The translations under genes were made by a program, and so were the position numbers. This document shows, piece by piece, positions 29,937-40,739 of a DNA stretch of 64,000 nucleotides. The notes under the pieces are model-generated. The model saw only the letters and a list, made by a program, of their open reading frames with translations. It made no database searches and was not told the DNA's origin. The stretch's first letter is position 1, and each line of letters starts with the position of its first letter. Source of the DNA: an uncultured Gemmatimonadales bacterium (GTDB taxonomy: Bacteria; Gemmatimonadota; Gemmatimonadetes; Gemmatimonadales; GWC2-71-9); the NCBI GenBank assembly GCA_963798915.1, contig CAWCVB010000001.1:224001-288000 (forward strand), written 5' to 3'.

Positions 29937-32005
29937 TACGCCGGGACGGCAACCTCCTTCTCATTCTCCTCCGCCACTTTGGCGGTGACATCGGGCGGCG
30001 CCTCAGCGTACCCGTGGAAGGCCTGATGATGCGTGCCCCGGCCATGGGTGATCGAATGCAGTGTCGTTGAGTAGCGATAGAGCTCGGACTCAGGCACGAT
30101 CGCGCGCACCTTGATGAGCCGGCCGTCCTGCTCGGTGCCCAGAATCTGACCCCGGCGCGCCGAGAGATCCCCCATCACGTCGCCCAGTACATCGTCCGGC
30201 GACCACACCGTCAGATCCACCAGCGGCTCGAGCAGCACCGGCCGGCACTGCGGCGCCACGTTCCTGAAGCCGAGGATGCCTGCCATCTTGAACGACATTT
30301 CGTTCGAATCCACGTCGTGATAGGAGCCGTCGAAGCACTCGCAGGAAAAGTCCACCATCGGATACCCCGCCACTACGCCGCGCCGGGCGGATTCCTGGAC
30401 GCCGCGATCCACTGCCGGGATGTAGCGATTGGGAATCACGCCGCCCACGATCTTGTCCACGAATTCATAACCTGCCCCTCTGGGCCTCGGCGCCAGGCGA
30501 ATCCAGCAGTCGCCATACTGGCCCCGGCCGCCACTCTGCTTCTTGTGCTTGCCCTGTCCCTCGCCGCGCGCCTTGATGGTTTCACGGTACGCCACTCTGG
30601 GACGGGCCAGCTCGGCATGGACGCCGTACTTCCGCTCCAGCCGGCCGAGGATGGTCTCGAGGTGCCGCTCGCCCATGCCGTGGATCAGGGTCTGGCCCAA
30701 CTCCGAGCTGTATTCGAAATGGAAAGTCGGATCTTCTTCGTGAAGCTTGTGAAGTCCCGCCGCCAGCTTGTCTTCGTCACCGCGGGTCTTCACGGCCACG
30801 GCCGAGGTGGTGGTGGCTTCGGGGAACGGCGTGGGGGCGAGCCGTACCGGATGATCGCGGTGGCAGAAGGTGTCGTTGGTGTGCGTGTCGCGCAGCTTGG
30901 CCACCGTGCCGATATCACCGGCCGCCAGCTGGTCCACCTCGGTGCGGTCGCGCCCCTGCTGCAGCGACAGGTGGTTCAGCTTCTCGGCCACGTCGTGTTC
31001 GGCGTTCCAGACCTCGTCCCCGTTCTTCACGGTGCCGGTGTACAGGCGGAAGAAGCTGACGTCACCGACATGCGGCTCGGAAACGGTCTTGAACACATGA
31101 CCCAGGAGGGGTGGGCGGTCGGCACCCGCAGCGGCGTCCAGTCCCGGAATCGCCGCCTCAGCCGGCGTGGGGAGGAGTTCCACCATCTCGGTCAGTAGCG
31201 CGCGGGTGCCGTAGGTCAGCTCGCCGCTGCCGCAGAAGAGCGGAACGATCTCACCCGCCATCATGGCGCGCTTCATCACCGCGGTGATTTCCTCGCGCGG
31301 CAGGGTCTCGCCTGAGAGGTAACGCTCGATCAGCGCGTCGTCGGTGGCCGCGACCGCTTCGGTGAGCTGCTCGGTGTAGCGGGCTACCCGTTCGGCCGCC
31401 TCCGCCGGCACCTCCTGCTCATCGTATTCGCCGCTCCGGGTACCCTTCTGGTACTCGTGGCACTTGCCGGTGAAGAGGTTGACGATACCGTGGAAGTCCC
31501 GGCCGTCGCCCACCGGCACTTCCACCGGTACCACCTTGGGCGAGAGATGGTCCCGCACGTCCTCGAAGACGCTTTCGAAGTCGGCATGTTCCTTGTCCAT
31601 GGCCGAGACGAAGATGATCCTCGGCAGGTGCAGGCGATCACAGATCTCCCAGACCTTCTCGGTGCCCACCTCAACGCCGGCGCTGCCGGACAGCACCACC
31701 ACGGCGGCATCCGCGGCATAGAGCCCGCCCACCGCCTCGCCGAAATAGTCGAGGTAGCCGGGCGTATCAATCATGTTGATCTTGGTGTCCATCCACTCGG
31801 CGAAGGCAAGGCCAAGACTGATCGAATGCTGGCGCTCAATCTCGTCGGGGGAATAATCGGTGAGGGTGGTGCCATCCTTGATGGAACCGTGGCGGCGGCT
31901 GGAACCGGAAACGAACGCCAGGGCGTCCACGAGCGTGGTCTTGCCGCTGGCGCCGTGACCCACGAACGCCACGTTCCGGATGGCATCGGTGCCATAGACC
32001 TTCAT
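29936..32005 (-). CDS. Elongation factor G-like protein (EF-G2 type)
   Basis: GHGASGKTT, DTPGY, GMGERHL, VAYRETI, KKQSGGRGQYG, DGSYHDVDS. Confidence 0.93.
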   Translation of the reverse strand: MKVYGTDAIRNVAFVGHGASGKTTLVDALAFVSGSSRRHGSIKDGTTLTDYSPDEIERQHSISLGLAFAEWMDTKINMIDTPGYLDYFGEAVGGLYAADAAVVVLSGSAGVEVGTEKVWEICDRLHLPRIIFVSAMDKEHADFESVFEDVRDHLSPKVVPVEVPVGDGRDFHGIVNLFTGKCHEYQKGTRSGEYDEQEVPAEAAERVARYTEQLTEAVAATDDALIERYLSGETLPREEITAVMKRAMMAGEIVPLFCGSGELTYGTRALLTEMVELLPTPAEAAIPGLDAAAGADRPPLLGHVFKTVSEPHVGDVSFFRLYTGTVKNGDEVWNAEHDVAEKLNHLSLQQGRDRTEVDQLAAGDIGTVAKLRDTHTNDTFCHRDHPVRLAPTPFPEATTTSAVAVKTRGDEDKLAAGLHKLHEEDPTFHFEYSSELGQTLIHGMGERHLETILGRLERKYGVHAELARPRVAYRETIKARGEGQGKHKKQSGGRGQYGDCWIRLAPRPRGAGYEFVDKIVGGVIPNRYIPAVDRGVQESARRGVVAGYPMVDFSCECFDGSYHDVDSNEMSFKMAGILGFRNVAPQCRPVLLEPLVDLTVWSPDDVLGDVMGDLSARRGQILGTEQDGRLIKVRAIVPESELYRYSTTLHSITHGRGTHHQAFHGYAEAPPDVTAKVAEENEKEVAVPA

Positions 32006-32038
32006 GGCCGGTACCTCCTTGGGGTAGTAGGGATTCTG

Positions 32039-32067
32039 ATACTGACGCCGGGAGGGTGGGTTGTCAA
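32039..32067 (-). promoter_or_regulatory. Sigma70 promoter of the EF-G-like gene
   Basis: TTGACA-N17-CAGTAT, then SD AAGGAGGT. Confidence 0.75.
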
Positions 32068-32075
32068 ATGGGGAG

Positions 32076-32290
32076 GGCGGGAAGGCGGGAAGGCGGGAAG
32101 GCGGGAAGGCGGGCTGAAGCTCGCCTCCGCGTCACCCCGGTGCAAACCGGGGTCCATGAGGGGCTCGGGCATGGCTGCTGACAGACGGGCCGTGACTCGC
32201 GACTTTCGTACGGGCAGAGCCATGGCTCTGCCCCGACGCGACCCGCGACTTTCGTACGGGCAGAGCCATGGCTCTGCCCCGACGCGACCC
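32076..32290. repeat. Composite repeat region: (GGCGGGAA)4, half GTCA element at 32131, two tandem 46-bp REP-like units
   Basis: GCGACTTTCGTACGGGCAGAGCCATGGCTCTGCCCCGACGCGACCC at 32199-32244 and 32245-32290. Confidence 0.9.
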
Positions 32291-32296
32291 TGCGAC

Positions 32297-34171
32297 CTAC
32301 CTGTATCCCTGTGCCTGCAACTGAAACAGATCGGCGTAAAGCCCGCCCTGGGCAACCAGCGCCTCGTGCGTACCCTGTTCGGTCAGCCTGCCTTCCTGCA
32401 GCACCAGAATCCGGTCCGCCATCCGGACGGTGGAGAACCGATGCGAAATGAGCACCGCCATCTTGCCGCGGGTGAGTTCCGAGAAGCGGAGGAACACCTC
32501 GTACTCGGCGCGGGCATCGAGCGCCGCGGTGGGTTCGTCCAGCACCAGCAGCTGGGCATCCCGCATGTAGGCGCGGGCCAGCGCCACCTTCTGCCACTCG
32601 CCGCCGGAAAGATCGGCGCCGCCCTCGAAGCGGCGGCCCAGCATCCGTTCATACCCGCCGACCCGGCTCGCCACGCTGTCCGCCAGACTGCGGCGCGCTG
32701 CCTCTTCCACCAGGGCAGCATCGTCCACCCGGCTGATGTCGCCCACCGCCACGTTCTCGCGCAGCAGGAAGTCGTAGCGCACGAAGTCCTGGAAGATGAC
32801 GCCAGCATTCTGCCGGAGGCTTTCGACGTCATACTCCTTGAGGTCCACCCCATCCAGCAGGATGCGCCCTTCGGTCGGGTCGTAGAGCCGGACCAGCAGC
32901 TTGGCCAGGGTGGTCTTCCCCGCACCGTTCTCACCCACCAGTGCCAGTCGCTCTCCGGGTGCAAGACGGAAGGTCAGTCCTTGCACCGCCCAGCGTTCCT
33001 GGCCCGCGTAACGAAAGCCCACGTTCTCGAACGCGAACCCGGTCTGGATCGGCCGGGGCACCGGCACCGGCACTGCGGGAGGCCTCATTCGCGGCTCGAT
33101 TTCGAAAAAGCCGAACAGGTCGTCCAGGTAGAGGCTTTGCTCATAGACCTGGGCCAGCGCCAGCAGCACGCGTTGCAGCAGGTCCCGGCTCTGGCGGAAG
33201 CTCGCGGCCAGGAACGTCAGCGTACCGATGGTGATGAGGCCGGCTGGCGAGCGATACTGGATGACGGCGAGATAGATGATGATTGCGTATGCGGCGTAGT
33301 AGCCCAGCGTGCCCAGCGCGTTCAGCCCAATCGAGACGCCGCTCCGCCTGATGGAAAGCCGGCGGTTGGCCTGGTAGAATTCCCGCGAGAGCCTGTCGTA
33401 TCGACCCACGAAGAAATCCGAAAGCCCGAACAGCTTGAGTTCCTTGGCTGAGATGTCGCTGGCGCCAATGTAGCGGAGGTAATCGAGCTGGCGGCGCTGG
33501 GGTGTCCAGGAAAAAAGCAGCGAGTAACCCAGCGAGGCGTAGTGCGTCTCGCCAAGGAAAGACGGCAACACCGCCACGAGCAGCAGCAGGAGAAGCCAGG
33601 GCACGTAGATGGCGACGGCCGCGGCAATCGAGCCCAACGTGATGAGGTCCTGCGCGGTGCCCAGCAGCAGCGTCACCAGCGCCAGCCGTCCGACGGTCTG
33701 CCGCCGGGCCCGCTCCAGCCGGTCGTAGATGTCGGCGTCTTCCAGCTGCTCGAGGTCGAGCTGGGCGGCATGCCGCATCAGCCGCACGCTGGTCTCGTTG
33801 GCAAACAAGTCGCCCAGCAGGCTCTCGAGCAGCGAGCTGGTCCGGCTTGCCACCGTGGCCAGGAGTGCCAGGCCCAGTTCGCCCGCCAGCAGCAGCGCCA
33901 GGTAGTGCCAGTCGGGCGTCACGCCCCGGGCCCGGCCGGCAACGGCCACCACCACGCCGTCCACGATCAGCTTGCCAATCCAGAGCATCGCGATGGGGAC
34001 GGCGCCGCTCAGGAGCCGGAGCAGGATCACGCCGGTGGCATAGCGCGGCGCGGTCTGCCACACCAGCTTCAGGAGGCGGGGTACGTGCCGCATGGCCCGG
34101 AACCGGCCACGCCACGTCTCTGGCCGGTTGCCGGGCTGAAGCCGGGCGGGCCGGCCGAGCGGAATGCTCAT
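32297..34171 (-). CDS. ABC exporter, fused permease and ATP-binding domains
   Basis: TM region, GENGAGKT, LSGGEWQK, LDEPTA, ISHR. Confidence 0.95.
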   Translation of the reverse strand: MSIPLGRPARLQPGNRPETWRGRFRAMRHVPRLLKLVWQTAPRYATGVILLRLLSGAVPIAMLWIGKLIVDGVVVAVAGRARGVTPDWHYLALLLAGELGLALLATVASRTSSLLESLLGDLFANETSVRLMRHAAQLDLEQLEDADIYDRLERARRQTVGRLALVTLLLGTAQDLITLGSIAAAVAIYVPWLLLLLLVAVLPSFLGETHYASLGYSLLFSWTPQRRQLDYLRYIGASDISAKELKLFGLSDFFVGRYDRLSREFYQANRRLSIRRSGVSIGLNALGTLGYYAAYAIIIYLAVIQYRSPAGLITIGTLTFLAASFRQSRDLLQRVLLALAQVYEQSLYLDDLFGFFEIEPRMRPPAVPVPVPRPIQTGFAFENVGFRYAGQERWAVQGLTFRLAPGERLALVGENGAGKTTLAKLLVRLYDPTEGRILLDGVDLKEYDVESLRQNAGVIFQDFVRYDFLLRENVAVGDISRVDDAALVEEAARRSLADSVASRVGGYERMLGRRFEGGADLSGGEWQKVALARAYMRDAQLLVLDEPTAALDARAEYEVFLRFSELTRGKMAVLISHRFSTVRMADRILVLQEGRLTEQGTHEALVAQGGLYADLFQLQAQGYR

Positions 34172-34206
34172 GCTGGAATGCTAATCATGTCGCTGGAGGA
34201 GTCCGC

Positions 34207-34833
34207 ATGTCCGGGAGCCTGCACGATCTCGTCACCAACCTCCTGCAGTTCGGGACCGGCAGTGACCATGTGTCAGTGGTCGAAAAAATCATCCGGCCGG
34301 TCGTGGTTTACGTCCTGCTGGTGCTCGCGCTCAAGGCGATGGGCAAGCGGGTGCTGGCGCAGCTGAATGCCTTCGATCTTGTGGTACTGCTGGTCATCTC
34401 GAATACGGTGCAGAACGCGATCATCGGCAACGACACCTCGCTCTCCGGGGGAATCATTGGCGGCATGGCCCTTCTGCTGACCAATGCACTGCTGATCCGC
34501 ATAAGCTGGCGCGGTCCCAATGTTCCCCTCCGTGGTGAGGGCAGGGATGTGCCGCTCTGGCAGTTTGGCGAAGCCAACGAAGAAAACCTCAATCGCTATC
34601 ACATTACCGTACCTGAGCTTGCCGCGACGGCGCATGAACGGGGATTCAGCTCGCTCGAGGAAGTGGAAAAGGTAGCGCTGGCGCCCAACGGCACGCTCTC
34701 CTTCGCAGGGCGCGAGAGCAGCTCGGAAGATTTCCGGCACCGTGAACTGATGCAGCGGCTGGAATCGATGGAGCGCGACCTGTCACTGCTGATTCGCCGG
34801 GACCCCGGGGCATCGGCGCCCGTTACGGGCTAA
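34207..34833 (+). CDS. DUF421 (YetF-like) membrane protein
   Basis: MGKRVLAQLNAFDLVVLL, NGTLS; SD GGAGG. Confidence 0.85.
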   Translation: MSGSLHDLVTNLLQFGTGSDHVSVVEKIIRPVVVYVLLVLALKAMGKRVLAQLNAFDLVVLLVISNTVQNAIIGNDTSLSGGIIGGMALLLTNALLIRISWRGPNVPLRGEGRDVPLWQFGEANEENLNRYHITVPELAATAHERGFSSLEEVEKVALAPNGTLSFAGRESSSEDFRHRELMQRLESMERDLSLLIRRDPGASAPVTG

Positions 34834-34842
34834 CTTCAGGGC

Positions 34843-35553
34843 GTGACCACTCATCGAACGGCGCTGATCACGGGCGCCACGGAAGGTATCGGGCGCGCCA
34901 TCGCGGCGGCGCTCGCCGGCGCCGGCTACCAGGTCGGCATCTGCGCCCGTACCGCGGACAGGGTGACCGAGCTGGTGGAGGAACTCCGGGCCGGTGGCGC
35001 ACGCGCTTCCGGGCGTGCGGCCGATGTTGGCCGGCCGGAGGATGTGACGGCGCTGGTTCGCCACGTGGAGCAGGAGCTGGGACCGGTGGACGTCCTGGTC
35101 AACAACGCCGGGATCGCCCGCATCCGTCCCATCGCCGAACTCACGCTCGACGATTGGGACGCCACCATGGCGACGAACCTGCGTGGCCTCTTCCTGATGA
35201 CCCAGGCGGTGCTGCCGGGCATGCGCGCGCGCCGCGCCGGCACCATCGTCAACATTGCCAGCCTCGCCGGCCGAAATGGATTTGCGGGCGGAGCCGCCTA
35301 CGCTGCGTCCAAGCATGCCGTGCTCGGCTTTGCCAAGTCGCTGATGCTGGAAGTCCGCAAGGACGACGTTCGCGTCGTCACGATCTGCCCCGGCAGCGTG
35401 GACACCAGTCTCCTGCGGCAGGAGCCGGCACTCTTCGGCAAGGATCGAAAAATCCTGACGCCCGAAGATGTTGCGGATGTCGTGCTCGCCACGCTCGCGC
35501 TGCCGGCGCGCGCGCTGGTGAGCGAGCTGGATCTTCGCCCCAGCAATCCGTGA
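34843..35553 (+). CDS. SDR-family oxidoreductase
   Basis: TGATEGIG, NNAG, YAASK. Confidence 0.95.
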   Translation: MTTHRTALITGATEGIGRAIAAALAGAGYQVGICARTADRVTELVEELRAGGARASGRAADVGRPEDVTALVRHVEQELGPVDVLVNNAGIARIRPIAELTLDDWDATMATNLRGLFLMTQAVLPGMRARRAGTIVNIASLAGRNGFAGGAAYAASKHAVLGFAKSLMLEVRKDDVRVVTICPGSVDTSLLRQEPALFGKDRKILTPEDVADVVLATLALPARALVSELDLRPSNP

Positions 35554-35764
35554 GCGCTCGCCGCGACATCAGCATCACCCACTGCCTCTGCCGCCGGATG
35601 GCCTTTGCCGACCTGCTGCCGCAAGCCCGCGCGGGCGGCTGGACTCTGGACCAGCTGGTCTCCGAAACCGGCTGCGGTGCGCAGTGCGGGTTGTGCCGGC
35701 CGTACCTCAGGCGCATGCTGCAGAGCGGCGAGACCGTCTTCCACGAACTCCTGACCGAGCAACC

Positions 35765-35768
<4 letters not shown>
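35550..35768 (+). CDS. Bfd-like (2Fe-2S)-binding protein
   Basis: CLC...GCGAQCGLC; 4-nt overlaps with both neighbours. Confidence 0.8.
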
Positions 35769-37319
<1,551 letters not shown>

Positions 37320-37336
<17 letters not shown>

Positions 37337-37362
37337 ACGGCTAGACGGCTAGACGGCTGGAC
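37320..37362. repeat. (GACGGCTR)5 octamer array supplying the kinase stop codon
   Basis: Read directly; TAG at 37334-37336 lies in the array. Confidence 0.85.
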
Positions 37363-37437
37363 GCGCAGCGGTAGCTTGGTGCGCGCTCGACCCTCGACGC
37401 TCGACTTTCAGCCTTCGGCCCTACTAAGTTCTCCCTG

Positions 37438-37782
37438 ATGCGTTCCAGCTGGAGTTCCCGCCTCAACGCTCTCATCCTCACCCTCCTCATCATGGGTGGC
37501 GGGAGCGGGTTGCCGGTGGTGGACGCACTCTTCCATCACCTGCGCGGCCAGGTACTGGTCGCCGGATCGCATCTCCACAATCCCGACGATTCATGCCACG
37601 CCGAACGCTGTACCCTCGGCGCACCCCTGCCCACGCTGGCGCGGACACCTCCTGCCCGACCGTCCGATCTTCTCACACCGCTACCCGGAACTCGGCTGTT
37701 CCTCGTGGAGCCTGCCCTTCCCGGCACGGCTCCAGCGCGCACGCCTGACCAGGCCCGCGCACCTCCGCACCCTCTCGGCTGA
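37438..37782 (+). CDS. DUF2946/CruR-like upstream ORF with His/Cys motif and C-terminal RAPP
   Basis: N-terminal hydrophobic helix, HH, HLH, CHAERC, Pro-rich linker, QARAPPHPLG-stop. Confidence 0.7.
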   Translation: MRSSWSSRLNALILTLLIMGGGSGLPVVDALFHHLRGQVLVAGSHLHNPDDSCHAERCTLGAPLPTLARTPPARPSDLLTPLPGTRLFLVEPALPGTAPARTPDQARAPPHPLG

Positions 37783-37858
37783 TCCAATCTGACACCGGCG
37801 CTGGCGCCGCCCCCCGCGGGGCAGCGCGCGGCGCGCATGCACACCATTCAGAGAGAGA

Positions 37859-40069
37859 GTGCTCTTCATGACATTCCTGCTCTTGGCGCTGGCGCTTGGC
37901 AGCGCCGCGCCCGCTCCGGATGCGCCCGCGGGCATTATCCAAGGCACGGTGACCGGGTCGGATTCCGCCCTTGCCGGCGTGCGGGTCTCGCTGATCGAGA
38001 CCGGCAGAGTCACCACCACCGACGCGCAGGGCCATTACCGATTCTCGAGTATTGCGCGGGGGTCGTACGGCATTTCCTTCGCGATGGTGGGCTACGCACC
38101 CCGGGTGTTCCGGGTTCGAATGGAGAATTCCGATATCACGCTCAACGTTTCCCTGGTACCATCGCTGGTGGAGCTGCCCGACCTGCAGGTGACGGCCTCG
38201 CCGCTTGCGACCACCGCACTCAATTCACCGCAGCCCACGTCGGTGCTGGGCGCCGCCGACCTCGCCGCCACGGGCGCGCCGACCCTGGGCGAGACGGCAA
38301 GCAGTCTGCCCGGCGTCCGCAGCGTGAGCACCGGAGCGGGCATCGGCAAACCGGTGATCCGCGGGCTGACCTCCAACCGCGTGCTGGTGCTGGCGAATGG
38401 CCAGCGCATGGAGACGGCGCAATGGGGCGACGAACATGGCCCCAACATCGAGACGGCCGATGCCCAGCGCATCGAGGTCATTCGTGGTCCGGCCAGCGTC
38501 CTCTATGGTTCGGACGCGCTGGGCGGCGTCATCAACGTGATAGCGCGACCGCTTCCTGACGCACTCGACAAGGCGCCGTTCATGGGCGGACGCGCCGAGG
38601 CCAGCATTGCCAGCAACAACGAGATGCCGGAAGGGACCCTGGCAGTTGAAGGAGCGAGTGGCGGTTTCGGATTTCGGGCCTCCGGCACGGCTCGCCAGGG
38701 AGGCGATGTGCGCACCCCTGATGGAAAGCTGCCCAACAGCGGACTGCGCACCGTGGGCGGAGAAGCGTCGGCCGGTCTGCGCGGGGGCTGGGGATCTGGC
38801 CAGCTCACGTACGCGCACCGTGACGAACGGATAGAGATCCATGAGGACCCCGCCGAGGACCCTGGCGCCACGCCGTTCCAGCGCATCGGCGAGGATCGTG
38901 TTCACCTCGCGGCCACATTGCCGGTCGGGGAGTCGCACCTGGATGTGAACGGCGGGTATGAACGCAACAACCGTCGTGAATTCGAGGAGGATGGCGCCAC
39001 CGACGTCGCACTGGGGCTCCGCACCCAGAGCTGGACCACCGACCTGCGACTGCATCACCCAGCCGTCGGACCATTCGCCGGTATTCTGGGACTCAGTGGC
39101 GAGCGCAGCGCCCTTGGCACCTACGGTGAGGAGGCACTCGTACCGGCCAACCGCGTCGTCAACGGCGCGCTGTACCTGTCGGAGCAGGCGTCGCTTGCCC
39201 GCTGGGAGCTGAGCTTCGGGCTGCGCGGCGACCTGCGCCGCCTGGATGTGGACACGGACGATCGTCTCGGCGTCACCAGCCAGACCCGAAACTTCGGTGC
39301 CGTCAGCGGCAGCTTTGGCGCGCTGCTCCATACCACCGGGCAGACGGCCCTGGTCCTGAACGTGGGTCGAGGATTCCGTGCGCCGAGCGCATTCGAGCTG
39401 TTTGCCAACGGAGTCCATGAGGGCACCGTCCGGTTCGAGCACGGCGACTCACTGCTGGCCAACGAGCATTCGTTGAACACCGATCTCGCCTTCCGGGTCG
39501 CCTCCAACCGGGTCAGTGCCGAAGTGGGCGGGTTCCTGAACCTGGTGGACAACTACATCTACCCGGCGCCCACCAGTGGGACCGACCCAGAAAGCGGATT
39601 CCCCATTTTCCAGTACACTCAGGGCAACGCCCGCCTGACCGGATTCGAGGCGATTGCCGAGTATCATCCGTCAGCATGGCTCCATTTCCGCGGCACCGCT
39701 GATTACGTCAATGGCCAGAACACCGACCTGGCCCAGCCGCTTCCCTTTGTCCCGCCGCTCAGGGCGACATACGCGGTGCGACTCGAGGGCGCGGACATCG
39801 GAGCTGTGAGCGGACCGTATCTCTCAGTACAGGGCGAGACCAACCTCAAGCAGACACGATTGGCACCCGACGACTTTGCCCCTCCGGGCAAGACGCTGGT
39901 GCATCTGGCTGGCGGCCTGAATGCCGTGGTGGGCAGGCGGCCGATATCACTGGATGTTCAGGTGCGGAATCTGTTCGACACGGCTTACACCAGCTTCCTC
40001 AGCCGGTACAAGACGTATGCCCTGGACCCGGGGCGCAACATCATCGTGCGCGTTGGCACGGAGTTCTGA
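37859..40069 (+). CDS. TonB-dependent receptor
   Basis: Signal peptide, carboxypeptidase-regulatory-like domain, KPVIRG, RIEVIRGPASVLYG, NLFD, terminal Phe. Confidence 0.95.
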   Translation: MLFMTFLLLALALGSAAPAPDAPAGIIQGTVTGSDSALAGVRVSLIETGRVTTTDAQGHYRFSSIARGSYGISFAMVGYAPRVFRVRMENSDITLNVSLVPSLVELPDLQVTASPLATTALNSPQPTSVLGAADLAATGAPTLGETASSLPGVRSVSTGAGIGKPVIRGLTSNRVLVLANGQRMETAQWGDEHGPNIETADAQRIEVIRGPASVLYGSDALGGVINVIARPLPDALDKAPFMGGRAEASIASNNEMPEGTLAVEGASGGFGFRASGTARQGGDVRTPDGKLPNSGLRTVGGEASAGLRGGWGSGQLTYAHRDERIEIHEDPAEDPGATPFQRIGEDRVHLAATLPVGESHLDVNGGYERNNRREFEEDGATDVALGLRTQSWTTDLRLHHPAVGPFAGILGLSGERSALGTYGEEALVPANRVVNGALYLSEQASLARWELSFGLRGDLRRLDVDTDDRLGVTSQTRNFGAVSGSFGALLHTTGQTALVLNVGRGFRAPSAFELFANGVHEGTVRFEHGDSLLANEHSLNTDLAFRVASNRVSAEVGGFLNLVDNYIYPAPTSGTDPESGFPIFQYTQGNARLTGFEAIAEYHPSAWLHFRGTADYVNGQNTDLAQPLPFVPPLRATYAVRLEGADIGAVSGPYLSVQGETNLKQTRLAPDDFAPPGKTLVHLAGGLNAVVGRRPISLDVQVRNLFDTAYTSFLSRYKTYALDPGRNIIVRVGTEF

Positions 40070-40076
40070 AAGCGAG

Positions 40077-40103
40077 AGCGGCCCGGACACTGTCCGGGCC
40101 GCT
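40077..40103. terminator. Hairpin between convergent genes (likely bidirectional terminator)
   Basis: AGCGGCCCGGACA-C-TGTCCGGGCCGCT. Confidence 0.7.
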
Positions 40104-40108
40104 TGTTC

Positions 40109-40640
40109 CTAGAGACCGCCGCCGCCGCCACCGCCTGGAGGGGCGGGCGGCATGTAGAGAATCTTGAGCGCGTAGGGACCAAAGCTGGTGGCGCCTTGGG
40201 ACACGTGAAACAGGCTGAAGTAAAGCGTGATCTGCTGGCCGACCTGCAGCCCGGCGATGGTGCCCTCGAAGGGCTTGCTGGGATCCTGCTCAAAGCTGAT
40301 GCCCGGCGGCAGCACCTGCGATGCGGCGCTGGAGGACACCCGCAGTTGCGAAGTCCTGTGGTGAAAGACTTGACTCGCGGGTTCGATTGGGGCGGAAGAA
40401 GGTGGACTGCACCTTGAACAGGCCGACGATAACCGTTGCCGTCGCACCCGCAAATCCGTTGGTGGCGTCGGTGGCGGCGTAATCGTTACCGGCAGTACCG
40501 GGCTGATCGATGACCGTAATGACCATCTTCTCGATATCGGGTTCATTACTGTTGTTGTCGGTCCCGCTGCTGCATGAGAGCAGCAGGCCGGCAACCAGGC
40601 CGGCCGGCATCAGCAGGGCTCGAGCAGTCAGGAGACGCAT
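40109..40640 (-). CDS. Hypothetical lipoprotein, split by a 1-nt frameshift near 40348
   Basis: SD GGAGG and lipobox LLSC; N-half in ORF 40290-40646, C-half in ORF 40109-40594. Confidence 0.65.
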
Positions 40641-40739
40641 CAACAACCTCCGGAAGGGAACGGATGATCACCACAATCTAACGGGGTTCGCCAGCGTGAG
40701 TGGAGACGTCCCGGCCCCGACCCCCTGCACGCCCTCCGA

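Noticed and set aside
32199..32290. 46-bp repeat pair as a mini-CRISPR
   Set aside because: Directly abutting copies with no spacer; matches the REP family seen elsewhere
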